Source: Dimorphilus gyrociliatus
Lineage: Eukaryota; Animalia; Annelida
Reading direction: 5' to 3'
NCBI GenBank assembly: GCA_904063045.1
Contig: CAJFCJ010000012.1
Coordinates: 1,054,001 to 1,118,000, forward strand
Length of the DNA: 64,000 nucleotides
The position numbers and the translations under genes were made by a program. The notes beneath the pieces were generated by a model. That model did no database searches and was not told where the DNA came from. It was given only the letters and a program-made list of their open reading frames with translations. Positions 14,301 through 25,440 of the stretch are shown piece after piece; the first letter of the stretch is position 1, and the number at the start of each line of letters is the position of its first letter.

Positions 14301-17300
14301 ATCGCTGAAGAGTTGAACTATTTTCCAGGCCACAGAGCCACCAATATTTTTTCCATCCAAAATTACGTTATCTTTATATTGACTTGGCACAATCAGAGAT
14401 AGAAAATGCTCAGCACCCAAGATTTGGGGAATTGTAAATATATGTTTATATCTGTAATGACTGATCGAAGGAATAATTTGCATTCCAGCCTCATTAGAAG
14501 GTATTTCAGTACCAACTGCCATTACAGAGACCATAACTGGTTTATTTGAATGGACTCTGATGAAATCATTAGATTGTAAGACTTGTTGATGATGTTCTTG
14601 TTGACTAAGATAAACACCATATTCTCCAAAGCGAACATATGTATTGTCCTCATGACCAACAATTTTTATAACAGTCTTAGAACCTGGTTTAGGCGTTGTA
14701 GGAAGAACGTAATTCTTACCCAGGACTGAAGATGGAGGGATTTGAGCAACAATATGATCAGTAATACCCGTATAACCAACACTAGTATCGACGTTTCCAG
14801 AGAATACTGCAACTTTACTTGTGGCGGTTATTCTTGTACCAGAAAGGTCACCCTTCGACATGGCTTGAACTTGGATTGTTTGATATTGGCTTAAGGTTAC
14901 TTGGAAAACTTCTCGTGCTGTGTAAATTCTTCCATTATAATTCACCTGAATACCTCTATATTGAGGGAATTTTATGGAAACATCTGTAGTTCCACTTTGA
15001 ACTGCAGTAACGGAGAATTGCGTGCTCTGGGTTGGTGTCCACCAGGCAGCTATATAATAGCTGTTGGATAATGCTCTTTCAGGATAAATCATAAAAGCGC
15101 CACATGATTCTCCAGTCTTTGAAAACGCAACAATAGTTATATCTGATTGAGATGTTGCCTGAATTCTAAGAACATTTTGTCTAATTCCAGTTCCAGTTGA
15201 CATTATCGTTGATGGCAGATCAATTGTAAGCATTTCACCCCTGTTTGCCCTATACGAATTGGTTAGAATGCTTGGATTACCCGGTGTTGTTACTCTTAAA
15301 TCAACGAAGGAATTAACGGTACTGCCAACTGACAATCTCAATTGTGGCTGAGTGGTTAGGAGAGAATTTTGTAAAAAGTAAACATAAAAGATGCGACCTT
15401 CCGTGCTTGTGCTACATTTTCTAAACGTTGGAATATTTGCTGATATAGGTGGTGCACTGGTTAAAGGTGCAACAGTAGTTTGAACTGTTGGTGCTAATGT
15501 TAAACAGGTTCCTGCAGAGGTAAGAGATCCATCATTTACAACTGAACCATGCAGAAAAACACTAAGTTTGACATTAGGTACACTAGCATATATGTCAAAA
15601 TCTTTTAAAGTGGATGTTAAACGGGCACCATATAGATTCTCATTGCCATTAATTCTGGTCCAGTCGGTTTGCACCCTATTTCCATTAACAATAATCTAAT
15701 ATGGATAAAAAAAAGTATAGATAAACCATTCTGTACATCCCATTAATACTCACATTTTGTCTGTTGTTTCCGTCTATTATAATTGTATAGTATGTTGAAA
15801 TTTGCCCTTGGAATGTATTAAACCTGTAGCGCATTCTCCATTGCTTCATTGGCGGAACAATTGTCATAGCAGCACCGGATGTATCAGGAGGATTTTGATA
15901 TCCTAATAATGTTTGTGATAGTAAAATGGGCTTATTTGATAATACTTGAACATGCTCATTCGTATCCAATTCAACAAATTTACTATCACCCGCTTTTGCC
16001 AAATTTAATACAGGTTTGGTAGCAACTTGTACGAAAGTATTGTCCATACTTGCTACAGCTTTTAGAATATAACTATAAAAGATATAAAATAGTATAAAAG
16101 TTAAGCTAAATTAAAAATTTAGTATTTTCCTACCCCGCTCTTCTATTCAAAGGTGCCATGACTGCAAACTTTGTTCCCCAAGTTTCCAAGGGAGGTAAGG
16201 CGCTAATTAGATGATCTGTTGACACTGCTGGTCCCACTGTTGGATTGTTATTTCCACTATAGACAACTATGGGAGCATTAGCCGAAATTTTTATTCCCGA
16301 TATATCGGTCCCATCAGAGAGAGCATTGAATATGAGCACCCCTCTTAGTGGAGCAAGATCAAATGTAAAAGTGGAAGTTTGAATAGCTCCATTGAAAAGT
16401 ACTCTTTTCCCTGATGGTATTTCAACTGTAACTTTGGCTTGAACGTCAGTCAAAATAGCAAACTGAGCAGATTTGTCAGAAGATGCATAGTTGGTTATAT
16501 AATAGGTTGGGCTTGATGGAATATTTTCAACAGGCAATGCCATAGTATAGCCGGCATTTGTTGAACTATCAGTAACGAAAACCATGACGGAAATGTCAAA
16601 GTCCGATGTTACACGTATAACCTTGTTAGTTATGATACTATCTCTGATCAAGTAATTTGTCGAAACTAAAACTCTTCTTGATCTTTCGGTGATGCTAATT
16701 CGATTGTTTAAATTGCCAAATGGAGAATCAACGGTAACCGTAGTCGCTGCATCTGTTAGTCTCGTAATCGATATGTAAATTTGTCCAGCAGAATTATCTA
16801 AATGAGCAATTAAGAATTTCTTGCCATTGTTACTTCTCATACATTCATTAGCTGTAGACAAAAATAAGAGAAATAATTCAAATAAAAGGAAATACCAGCA
16901 CTAACGATTCTGAGGAGCTGGAGTAGGTGTAGGAGCCGGAGCAGGAACTGGAATAGGCGCTGGAGCGGGTATAGGTGCTGGGACAGGAATTGGTGCCGGA
17001 ACAGGTATAGGCGCTGGAACAGGTATAGGTGCCGGTACAGGTATTGGTGCTGGAACAGGAATTGGTGCAGGAACAGGTATAGGCGCTGGAACTGGTATTG
17101 GTGCCGGTACAGGTATTGGTGCCGGTACAGGTATTGGTGCCGGAACAGGAATTGGTGCCGGAACAGGTATAGGTGCTGGAACTGGTATTGGTGCCGGTAC
17201 AGGTATTGGCGCGGGTACAGGTATTGGTGCCGGAACAGGTATTGGTGCCGGTACAGGTATTGGTGCCGGAACAGGTATTGGTACAGGGATTGGTATAGGA

Positions 17301-18972
17301 GATGGTACTGGGGCTGGCACTGGAATAGGTGCAGGTACTGGTATTGGAACAGGAACAGGAACAGGTGCCGGAACAGGTACTGGAATGGGCGCAGGAGCGG
17401 GAACTGGTATAGGAGATGGAACAGGAGCTACAAGAAAGAATAATTTATAAAATATAGAACCTTCTCACTGTCTCAATCTTTATTTGTAAAATATATACCT
17501 GGAGCTGGGTTGACAACATTCTGCAATATAAAAGAAATATCAATAAAAAATTGTTTAATAATCAAATAAAAATGGCTTACCCGAATATCATCCAAGCATA
17601 TCTGAGTTGAAGCCATCCAGTTGTTCCCTATCGTATAGAATGCATAATATCTTTCATTTGACACAGAGGATATTGATATGCTTTGAGCATTTGTCAAGGA
17701 TTTATCAACAATAAAATATCCGATGATCTCGAACTGAGTTATAGGATTGAAAAGATTTCCATTCAATCTCAAATTTCCAACATTAGAAGTTATAACAACA
17801 ACAGAAACTGTAGGCTCCAGTGGTGGTGCAACAGACTCCAAAGATGTTGATCTATAATATTGCTCAATTGGGGGTAATAAAAGCGAAGATTCTGATGTGG
17901 CTGAAAAAACCACAACCTCCATCGGCGCCGTAGAATATAAATAGAATTGCTGGTCGAAATTTGCCGTAACAACTCCACCATTACCCGGTAAAGTCAATTG
18001 CCTATTAACAACATTCTGAGCGCTATAAACAGATATTATTCCAGGAGCATTCGATGTAGCTATAATTTCGGTTCCTCCAGCCATTAGCGGAATGACATAT
18101 CCTTTACCGTAAGAATGCAGAGGATATATCATATCCACAGCAGCGATGCGTCGTTGGCCATTAGTCAGGTAACCGCTTATAACAGCAACTAGTTTATCAC
18201 CCGAAATTTTTGTTCCAGAAAAACTTGAAACTTCATCGTATAAAGATAGAGCTTCATACTTATTTAGCGTGACCTGCAGCTGTTCTCCAGTCTGGTATTG
18301 TCTGCCATTGTAGTTGAACGGCCTAGAAAAGGTCACTGTCAACTATAAGTACAAAAGTCAAATATTTCACACGCTATTTGAAAATGATAAAAGTAGTTCA
18401 CAAACCTTGGTATTATCTTCAGTTGCAGCAACAGAAATGGCATTACCTCTATTTGGTCTAGACAATATAAAGTAGTTGAAGGCAATATATTCAATAGGAT
18501 AAACGACATGATAAGCTTTTTCATTCACATTCGGGATGTTATAACTGTATCTAACTAAAACTGCAACATCATCATCTGAATCGATTTCAAATGCTCTGTT
18601 TCCCGCTGGACCAGTTGAAAAGTCGATATACCTCTTGCTGGCGGTTATGGATTGCGTCGCCAAAGTTGAGCCACTAAGATTCAAGCGAACATTAAAGTTC
18701 GTATTACTTTTGACAGCTGTAACTTGTATGTTGATCTGTAGATTCTGAATAAGATTTGGTTCTGAGAGGACTGGAACTACAAAACGACGCCCATATGATG
18801 GCCTTGTGCACGTTCCTATAGTTTAATAAAAGAAAAAGCAAGTTCAAACAAAAGAATATTCTTATTCAAATTTTATCATTTTTATACAAACCTGTCGGCA
18901 AGTTCAGAGTTGGTTGTGCTCTTATTCCTGTTAACAAAAAAAACCCGACATAAGTAACCAAAAAAACCACAT
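5378..18972 (-). CDS. Giant secreted protein with nine tandem IgGFc-binding (FCGBP N-terminal-like) domains and Pro/Thr-rich linkers, ~4057 aa
   Basis: 23 exons (minus strand): 18972-18892, 18815-18406, 18342-17581, 17520-17499, 17427-16906, 16851-16134, 16072-15754, 15695-14124, 14064-13983, 13924-12620, 12551-12513, 12427-12237, 12174-11215, 11153-11048, 10956-10769, 10710-9748, 9683-9608, 9541-9357, 9290-8322, 8264-8186, 8128-5655, 5598-5458, 5386-5378. All 22 introns are GT-AG, 54-91 bp and phase-consistent. Repeated motifs C.....G..F, DLSGT.I.....VAVFSGN, DH+..Q+PP...WG..F and terminal C...G.C match the IgGFc_binding domain. Exon 1 needs +1 nt in the A8 run (18936-18943) to be in frame. 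No transmembrane segment at the C-terminus (ends CTDVQT*). Confidence 0.85.
16906..17427 (-). repeat. Coding 18-bp tandem repeat encoding (IPVPAP)n, ~170 aa of alternating X-Pro
   Basis: 17 consecutive perfect IPVPAP units plus degenerate flanking units fill one 522-nt exon. Third codon positions vary between units (e.g. + strand ggtgcc/ggcgct/ggtgca/ggcgcg). Confidence 0.97.
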
Positions 18973-20124
18973 AAGCGTGCTTGAAAGTATATCACTTAAG
19001 TAAAAGGAAGAGATATTATTGAAGAAAGGAGGAAAAAAATGACTTTAAAAAGGGTCAAAACACGGTCAAGTTCAATAAAAAAATCGTTTTCAATATAAAA
19101 ATAACCCGATCTGCATAAGGCGTATGTAAGCTAAAAATATATAGCAGCGCCCACTTGCCGGCGAATGACTTCACCCTTAGTGAAGAGTTGTACTTAGGCA
19201 TATACAGCCCGCCCACGTTAAGGTTTGTCAAGTAGAGAAACATTCTGTGTATAAGTATAACAAAAGCAATCACTTTCTCTAAAGAATAGCATAATTAGTA
19301 AAAGACAAGCGAAATAAAATGGAGAATAGAATAACGATTGAAAAAAAAGGGAGGGGACAAATTCAAAATGTTCAATTAGTTGTGTAACTTACCAATTATT
19401 TCGATTAAAGCGATGATGACTAGAGAGATAGCGATACTTGAAATGTATCGCATCATCTTGAATATGGAACCTACTAAAGATCTAATGAAAACTCAGTAAT
19501 AACTTAATTGAATATCCTGAAAGATTTTAAGGCGCGAATAACACAATCCGCCCTAACCAAGGGCCAATGCTAGAGTATAAAGTTAGGCGATCACTATTTG
19601 ACGCAGTCAAGCATGGCATGAGATTTAGTTGACAATGCTACCATTCAATAGTTTAAGTTAGGCCTTCTCTCCAGAACAGAATGAGGGGTTTTCTTACAGA
19701 AAATCATTTTACTAGATATACCGAAGACATTTCTTGAATGGAATTTATTATTTTCCCATTTTTCTCCTTTCAAAAAGCTAATAAATGTTCGATTGACCGC
19801 TAAGTTCTATTATCATTCATTTAATAGAATAACCTAAATATTCTAAATCTTGATTTTCTTTCAAATATGAAATATATGGAGTCTAAGGAAAAAGGAAGAA
19901 AGACACGTATAGAAAAGAGAGAGAACGAACAAGAAGATTTTGTCCTTTTCCCTTTTGTGCAACTTAAACGTTTTATAGTCTTGAAAAAATAATAAGAACA
20001 AGAATGAAAAAATCGTTTGTTCAAGAGAATTGTAATTTTATATTATCTAAATTTGTCGCGTTTGAATAATAAAAGACAAATAATGTTCAATCTAATATAA
20101 TCTATATTATTTATTTTTGAAAAT

Positions 20125-22617
20125 TTATTTGCCTCCTAATCGATTCCTTCTTGAGTATTGTGTATTCAGTTTCGTTTCTTTACCGCAGGTTTTCTTGTTA
20201 TTAAAACAATGATGAATAATTTTACAATGAGTTGCCAACAATTTACAATAACCATGTGATATACGACATCTTTTACTCAAACAAAATAAATCATTTCTAT
20301 GGATTTCTTTCTTACAAATTGAATTAATATGTGCAATCTTCTTTTTTCCTGACTTACAGTATTGTAGGCAATTCGTTCTCTTACAATCGATTATTGATTT
20401 TTTAAACTTTTCTTTCAATTTTTCGCTCTTACTACACCTATTCCAAGAAACTGATGGATCAATAGATTTTATACGAACTAATATAGCTTTATCAATTTTA
20501 TTAGTTAAATTTAAGCCAATCGTACTTGTTGAAACATCTCGTCTTATTGGCTTTAGTATCATGTCATCTAGAACGAATTTATTGCTTAATATCAAATTGG
20601 GAATGAAATACTCGACAGATATGTCGTCTGGAACTTGTAAGTAGCTGTCACAGGCCGATGACTCCTTAACTAAAGAATCGATCGATACAAGAGTGTTATG
20701 TGAAATATTTGATTCAGTCAAAGTTGGATAGATATAATCATATGAATACGTTTCATCTAATTGAGTTCCTTGGTCAGCTTTCTTAGCCATTGTTTCAATT
20801 TGAATTGATTTATTCTCCTTGTTTGTTACTACTTTCGATTGCGATAAATTACTTTTAGATAGATAACTAAGCATAGTTAATGATGGAAGTTCTCGTTCTA
20901 TACTATCTCCTATTCTAAACATTTCAGCTTTGCTTAATGTTTGTCTAATAGGCCTAGATATGATGCTTTGATCAATAGTAATGTTGTTAACTTCTAGCTC
21001 GGAAGAACTATAAGATTGATCCTGCTCAGACTGATCATTTCTAGGATTTCTATTATCAGAGTTTCTTAATTGACAACGACTCTTAGATAACTCAATGAAA
21101 TTTTTAATTATTTCTGACGTCTTTATCAACTTATTTGACATTTCCCCCCCCCGATGACTTTCTATCTTGCCATCTACAGGTAAAGATTCAAAAACAATAG
21201 CGCTATGAGATGCTTCTGGTTGCTTTTTGTTAGTTTTCCCTTTCGTTAAAGTATCACAAAATTCTGTCTTACGTCTATTTTGCTGAGAAAAGCTTTCACT
21301 TCGCGTTTCTACCTTTCTTTCATCATTCTTCTCTTCATCCCTCAAAAGAGTATAACTATCTTTGTTATGTAGCGTCTCTCCTTTATTATACTCACTTACT
21401 GAATTGCGCATTAATTGTTTCATTTTTGACGTATTCTCATCTTGAATATTGATTTTTCCTGGTTTTGACAGAGAGGGGAAAGAATCAGCTTTCCATATAT
21501 CAACAATATTTAAGCTATCTTGCCTTTTCCCATAAGACTCCCAATCAATGTATTTATTATCTTTTGAATGTTTACTGCAGAAATTTGTATGATTAAAATA
21601 TGGCCAGTTTAAGTAATTAGCAATAATTTTAAGGCAGAGCCTAATTCCGGTGTGTTGAATAGAATTCTTATTAAATAGATGATTAAGTCCCGATAATTTA
21701 ATTAGATATCCGTGAGATTTCGATTCCGGAAATTCGTTTCGATTTGAAAAGGTGCAATTTTTTAGTTGAAAATTACTATTATTATCACTAAAGTTCCTTT
21801 CAGGAACAATTTCGCAAGAAACGCTAGGGGATTGATGTCCATCGATTTGACCTCTCTCCCCCACATTTGAATTATTATTATCAATAATTTCATCCAAAGG
21901 GATTCCTTCTTGGGAGTAAAGTATATTTGATGAAATATTAGATAAAAGATTAGTCGATACTTGATCTCCGAATTGAGACGTTCTAGAGGTGAACAACTCT
22001 ATAAAATATAATAAAGCGATTTTGGCCAAAATGGCGAAAATGTTTACAATCTTTGTAGACTTTTTTCTGTTTTTTCTCTCAGAGAGTTTTAAAACGATTT
22101 TAGCGTCTAAATCTAGTTTATATTCTGCAAATTTATTCATGGTCTTGTTAACGGTTAAATTACAACGTGTCGCTCTATTAAACAAGGTTTGTCCATGAAA
22201 CATATTGACAACTATGCTTCTTAAAAATTGCAGAAAATTAGGTATATCGGTCTCTAGAATTCTTGCTTTGTCTTTTACTGAATGCTGCCTATTATTCTCC
22301 ATAATTAAAGATTGATCATTTACATTGAGGTATATTGATTTACATTTCCTATCTTCGTTGACGGTTGCATCATTTACTTTCTTAGATTTTTGATACGAAA
22401 TAGCACTTTGACATAAATCTTTTTTCTCAATCCTACCATTGTTCAATCCTTCCGTCTTGATAAAAGCTTTTGGGAATGAAACATCACTTAGATCTTCTTT
22501 ACGTAATTGATGCTTAAACCATTTTCGACAAGGTAGAATTGAGAGGGGTATGTTTGTATTTCTTTCTGAATTTTCTCTCTGATACTGTTTTGGAAGCAAA
22601 TAGACAGAGATTTTCAT
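20125..22617 (-). CDS. Orphan 830-aa ORF, Lys/Asn/Ser-rich, one hydrophobic segment, Cys/Lys-rich C-terminus
   Basis: 2.5-kb uninterrupted ORF in very AT-rich DNA, in-frame stop shortly upstream of the ATG, AATAAA just after the stop. Hydrophobic stretch IVNIFAILAKIALLYFIELF. No recognisable family; additional 5' exons are possible. Confidence 0.6.
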   Translation of the reverse strand: MKISVYLLPKQYQRENSERNTNIPLSILPCRKWFKHQLRKEDLSDVSFPKAFIKTEGLNNGRIEKKDLCQSAISYQKSKKVNDATVNEDRKCKSIYLNVNDQSLIMENNRQHSVKDKARILETDIPNFLQFLRSIVVNMFHGQTLFNRATRCNLTVNKTMNKFAEYKLDLDAKIVLKLSERKNRKKSTKIVNIFAILAKIALLYFIELFTSRTSQFGDQVSTNLLSNISSNILYSQEGIPLDEIIDNNNSNVGERGQIDGHQSPSVSCEIVPERNFSDNNSNFQLKNCTFSNRNEFPESKSHGYLIKLSGLNHLFNKNSIQHTGIRLCLKIIANYLNWPYFNHTNFCSKHSKDNKYIDWESYGKRQDSLNIVDIWKADSFPSLSKPGKINIQDENTSKMKQLMRNSVSEYNKGETLHNKDSYTLLRDEEKNDERKVETRSESFSQQNRRKTEFCDTLTKGKTNKKQPEASHSAIVFESLPVDGKIESHRGGEMSNKLIKTSEIIKNFIELSKSRCQLRNSDNRNPRNDQSEQDQSYSSSELEVNNITIDQSIISRPIRQTLSKAEMFRIGDSIERELPSLTMLSYLSKSNLSQSKVVTNKENKSIQIETMAKKADQGTQLDETYSYDYIYPTLTESNISHNTLVSIDSLVKESSACDSYLQVPDDISVEYFIPNLILSNKFVLDDMILKPIRRDVSTSTIGLNLTNKIDKAILVRIKSIDPSVSWNRCSKSEKLKEKFKKSIIDCKRTNCLQYCKSGKKKIAHINSICKKEIHRNDLFCLSKRCRISHGYCKLLATHCKIIHHCFNNKKTCGKETKLNTQYSRRNRLGGK

Positions 22618-23832
22618 GAAAAAGAGAAGACGGAAAACATTCGGAAAGGATTAAAGGAAGTGAGTGGGAAAGAAGAGGGAGAAAAGAACTAATTTTTCCG
22701 TAGATCTTTGTTTTTATTAATAATCTAAAGAATTTCCGAGTAACATCGATTCTGTTGATATGCATTATGGATTGCGTGATTGATGATGATACATTACTTT
22801 AGGAATATTAAAAAACCTTGTCATATAAACAAAGACTATGCGATTTTTTCGGATTGCTAATATTATTCTTCTTTAATATATACGTTATATTTTTACAGGT
22901 TTATATTCTTATAGTTTTTAGAGCAAATATACTATAACAAGTAAAATAAAGCCGTTATTGATAATAGAAAACTCCTAAATATTTTTTTAAATATCATTGT
23001 ATCTATTTACAATTGTATATATTATTCTTTCTATATAGTTATAGTATAGAAATGATTAGGGTTAATTGTACTTATAGTTTTTGACTGTTTCCATCTATTA
23101 TCATCTTTTTAAGATATTAATTTACTTTTCTTTGGTTCAACGATATTTACATATTTTTAAAATGACTTTCTCAGGTTGTCAGTCCTGAGAGAAATAAATT
23201 GTAATGGATGTAAATAGCATCAAAGAATTCATGAAAAAAGCATTTACCTTATCGGATTTACAGGAGTTTTCTCTACGCCAATCGATTATCTGTTGTTCCC
23301 TTATACTTTTCTGTTTGAATAAGAAATTTGGTTGCATAATAGTGCGAATAGATGTTCCTTTACATCTATATTTTCCCCCAATTAAAGCTAGTTATGATAA
23401 TAGTTGTTTGTTTTTTTTCTTTTGTTTTTGCTTCTTTTATTATAAGATATGCTTATGTTATTTACCAAGTTGATTCATTTGAAATTATTGATGATTCATA
23501 CAATCGTTTTATTTTGTACGATTTATTGAAAGAGAATTCTACTATATTGAATATTTACAGAAAATTTTTCACCGGGCTTTTTACCTATTTTTTCCATTTT
23601 TTATAATTTCTTTTACTTTTATGTAGTTTTTGCAGTTTTTCAAATAAAATTTACTGCAAAAACTTCACCTGCTAATAAAAAAGTCGTGAGGCATAATATT
23701 TACCGACAAATAAATAGCTAAGTAGAATCATGCGCTCATAAACGTATGGATAATTACATACAGTAAAAAGCCTAGCAACCTATATGCCTACGCATCGACG
23801 CCATCTCATAGTTACCATAGCAACCATAAAGA

Positions 23833-25440
23833 ATGTTGAATCTATCGGCAACAAGGCAAAAGCTAATCGACATGTTCTCTTCCAAACGTGAAGATAAAGC
23901 CTTACTTAATTACTTAGGAGCAATCCTGACCGCCCCAGATGAAACCTCTTTTCCCGCTTTTGGAGGTGCTTTGGAATGGATACGCTCTCATACCGATTAT
24001 CTAAAAATGTTTTTAACCTTACTCCGAATCTACCCGAATTTAATTCATGACGAATCTCTAGATTCATTTTGGGAATTTATGCTTCCATTTTTAAGAATAA
24101 ACGATTCTAAAAAGCATTCAAGATATGATAGTTTTGAAGAAGAAGCATTATTTCCACATCTTCCATCAATACATATTGAGTCCAGTACGGATGACTGTCT
24201 AAAGCTGGTTTACCTATGCAGACCCGAGATTGAAGAGCTCAGTTCACCCGATATTCTTAGATTAGAAGTTACTGAGAAATATCTTTCAAACGTTACGTTC
24301 GTTAGAACAAACCGATCCTTGTTTACGTCAACAGTTTGCGACGTCACATCGACAAATGACGTCATTCAACACTGCCACACCTTTATACTAGATATTAATC
24401 GAAGTACATTGCACGACGAAGAGTGCATTAACTTACTATGTGAAGCAGTGCAAAATGAAATACCAATCCTTTTCATCAGAGATCCTAATTTCCAACTTAC
24501 AATACCGGATAATCTAAAAAAGAGAAAATTAATAAAGAAAAGGAGAAAAATTATTGACGATGACATTAGAGTTACTCCAACAAGTCCAAAATCTCTCTCA
24601 TCTCCTCCATCGTCTTTAGACGTTCCGTATTACCAAGCTATCAGCGAAGAAAGTGTTTGCCTGGAAGAAGTGATAAATACAGCTATATCTCAAAGTGTTA
24701 TCTACGCATCTCATTTACACAACGCCTGTATAGCCAGACTCTACAACAAACTAGAGAAATTGCTGTTATATCCGTTACCAACATTTCATCAGGTAAACGA
24801 CGTCAATTCTCTCACGAATTCAGCGTACAACATTGATACCTTCCTTAATTGCTTGAAAGGAATAAACCAACAAATTCATAGGAAGAAAGCAGATAAGCGA
24901 ATTTTAACTAAGTCTACTTCCTTTGAGATTATGTCTACTGGTAGAAAAGTAAAAGCCTCGAAATTACCAAGATTCATTCCAAGGTGCAATTCAGTGGGTA
25001 ATCGACTCAAACGAGACTACTCAATAGATCTACCACCGCTGACTACACAGAAGTCAGAATCCTTACCGCCCATAAGAAATGTCTCTAATAAACAAAAATC
25101 ATATAGCTCTGATCATTTATCTCAAATATCTCGCAAAGAAAATCATCTAACCGATACTAAACTTCGAACTCAATCAATTGATAGAGACGAAAGAACTTCT
25201 TATTTGGTTTTTCCTCCGCGTGATCACAACACAACTGGCCCTCCCCAACCGCCAAAAATTGTTAAGTATCCCCTTACAGAATCAGCCGAATCAAGCCCTC
25301 CATCCGTTTCACCCTTAACATTTGACGATTTTAATTTAGATATCGAATTGGCCGATTTAGCATCCTTATCATCGTCTCCTGACTTAGAGTCGAACGTTAC
25401 CGAATTAGAGGAGATTGGCAGTGAAAGCGATAAGAAGTAA
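23833..25440 (+). CDS. 535-aa ORF with a possible degenerate TIR-like domain and Ser/Pro-rich disordered C-terminus
   Basis: 1.6-kb ORF with coding-like composition. Segments IHIESSTDDCLKLVYLCRPEIEEL, VIQHCHTFILDINRSTLHDEECINLLCEAVQNEIPILFI and VIYASHLHNACIARLYNKL follow the bA-aA / aB-bC-aC-bD / bE-aE pattern of TIR_2/SARM1-type domains. ORF is well supported; the domain call is pattern-based only. Confidence 0.55.
   Translation: MLNLSATRQKLIDMFSSKREDKALLNYLGAILTAPDETSFPAFGGALEWIRSHTDYLKMFLTLLRIYPNLIHDESLDSFWEFMLPFLRINDSKKHSRYDSFEEEALFPHLPSIHIESSTDDCLKLVYLCRPEIEELSSPDILRLEVTEKYLSNVTFVRTNRSLFTSTVCDVTSTNDVIQHCHTFILDINRSTLHDEECINLLCEAVQNEIPILFIRDPNFQLTIPDNLKKRKLIKKRRKIIDDDIRVTPTSPKSLSSPPSSLDVPYYQAISEESVCLEEVINTAISQSVIYASHLHNACIARLYNKLEKLLLYPLPTFHQVNDVNSLTNSAYNIDTFLNCLKGINQQIHRKKADKRILTKSTSFEIMSTGRKVKASKLPRFIPRCNSVGNRLKRDYSIDLPPLTTQKSESLPPIRNVSNKQKSYSSDHLSQISRKENHLTDTKLRTQSIDRDERTSYLVFPPRDHNTTGPPQPPKIVKYPLTESAESSPPSVSPLTFDDFNLDIELADLASLSSSPDLESNVTELEEIGSESDKK

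Noticed and set aside
16906-17427. Regular 18-bp repeat as a CRISPR array or noncoding satellite
   Set aside because: No unique spacers; it is an in-frame coding exon with proper splice sites and synonymous variation.
19555-19590. CCAAT plus TATAAA on the + strand as a promoter
   Set aside because: No + strand gene or RNA feature follows; both neighbours are on the minus strand.
23175-23606. Small + strand ORFs (23204-23473, 23352-23606) as a separate gene or as upstream exons of the TIR-like ORF
   Set aside because: Splice combinations can be built (e.g. 23390^23470, or 23515^23832) but donors are weak and the peptide has no recognisable features; cannot be supported without RNA data.
23625-23665. 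12-bp inverted repeat AGTTTTTGCAGT / ACTGCAAAAACT as a miRNA hairpin or MITE end
   Set aside because: Stem too short and AT-rich for a pre-miRNA; no second copy or target-site duplication seen.
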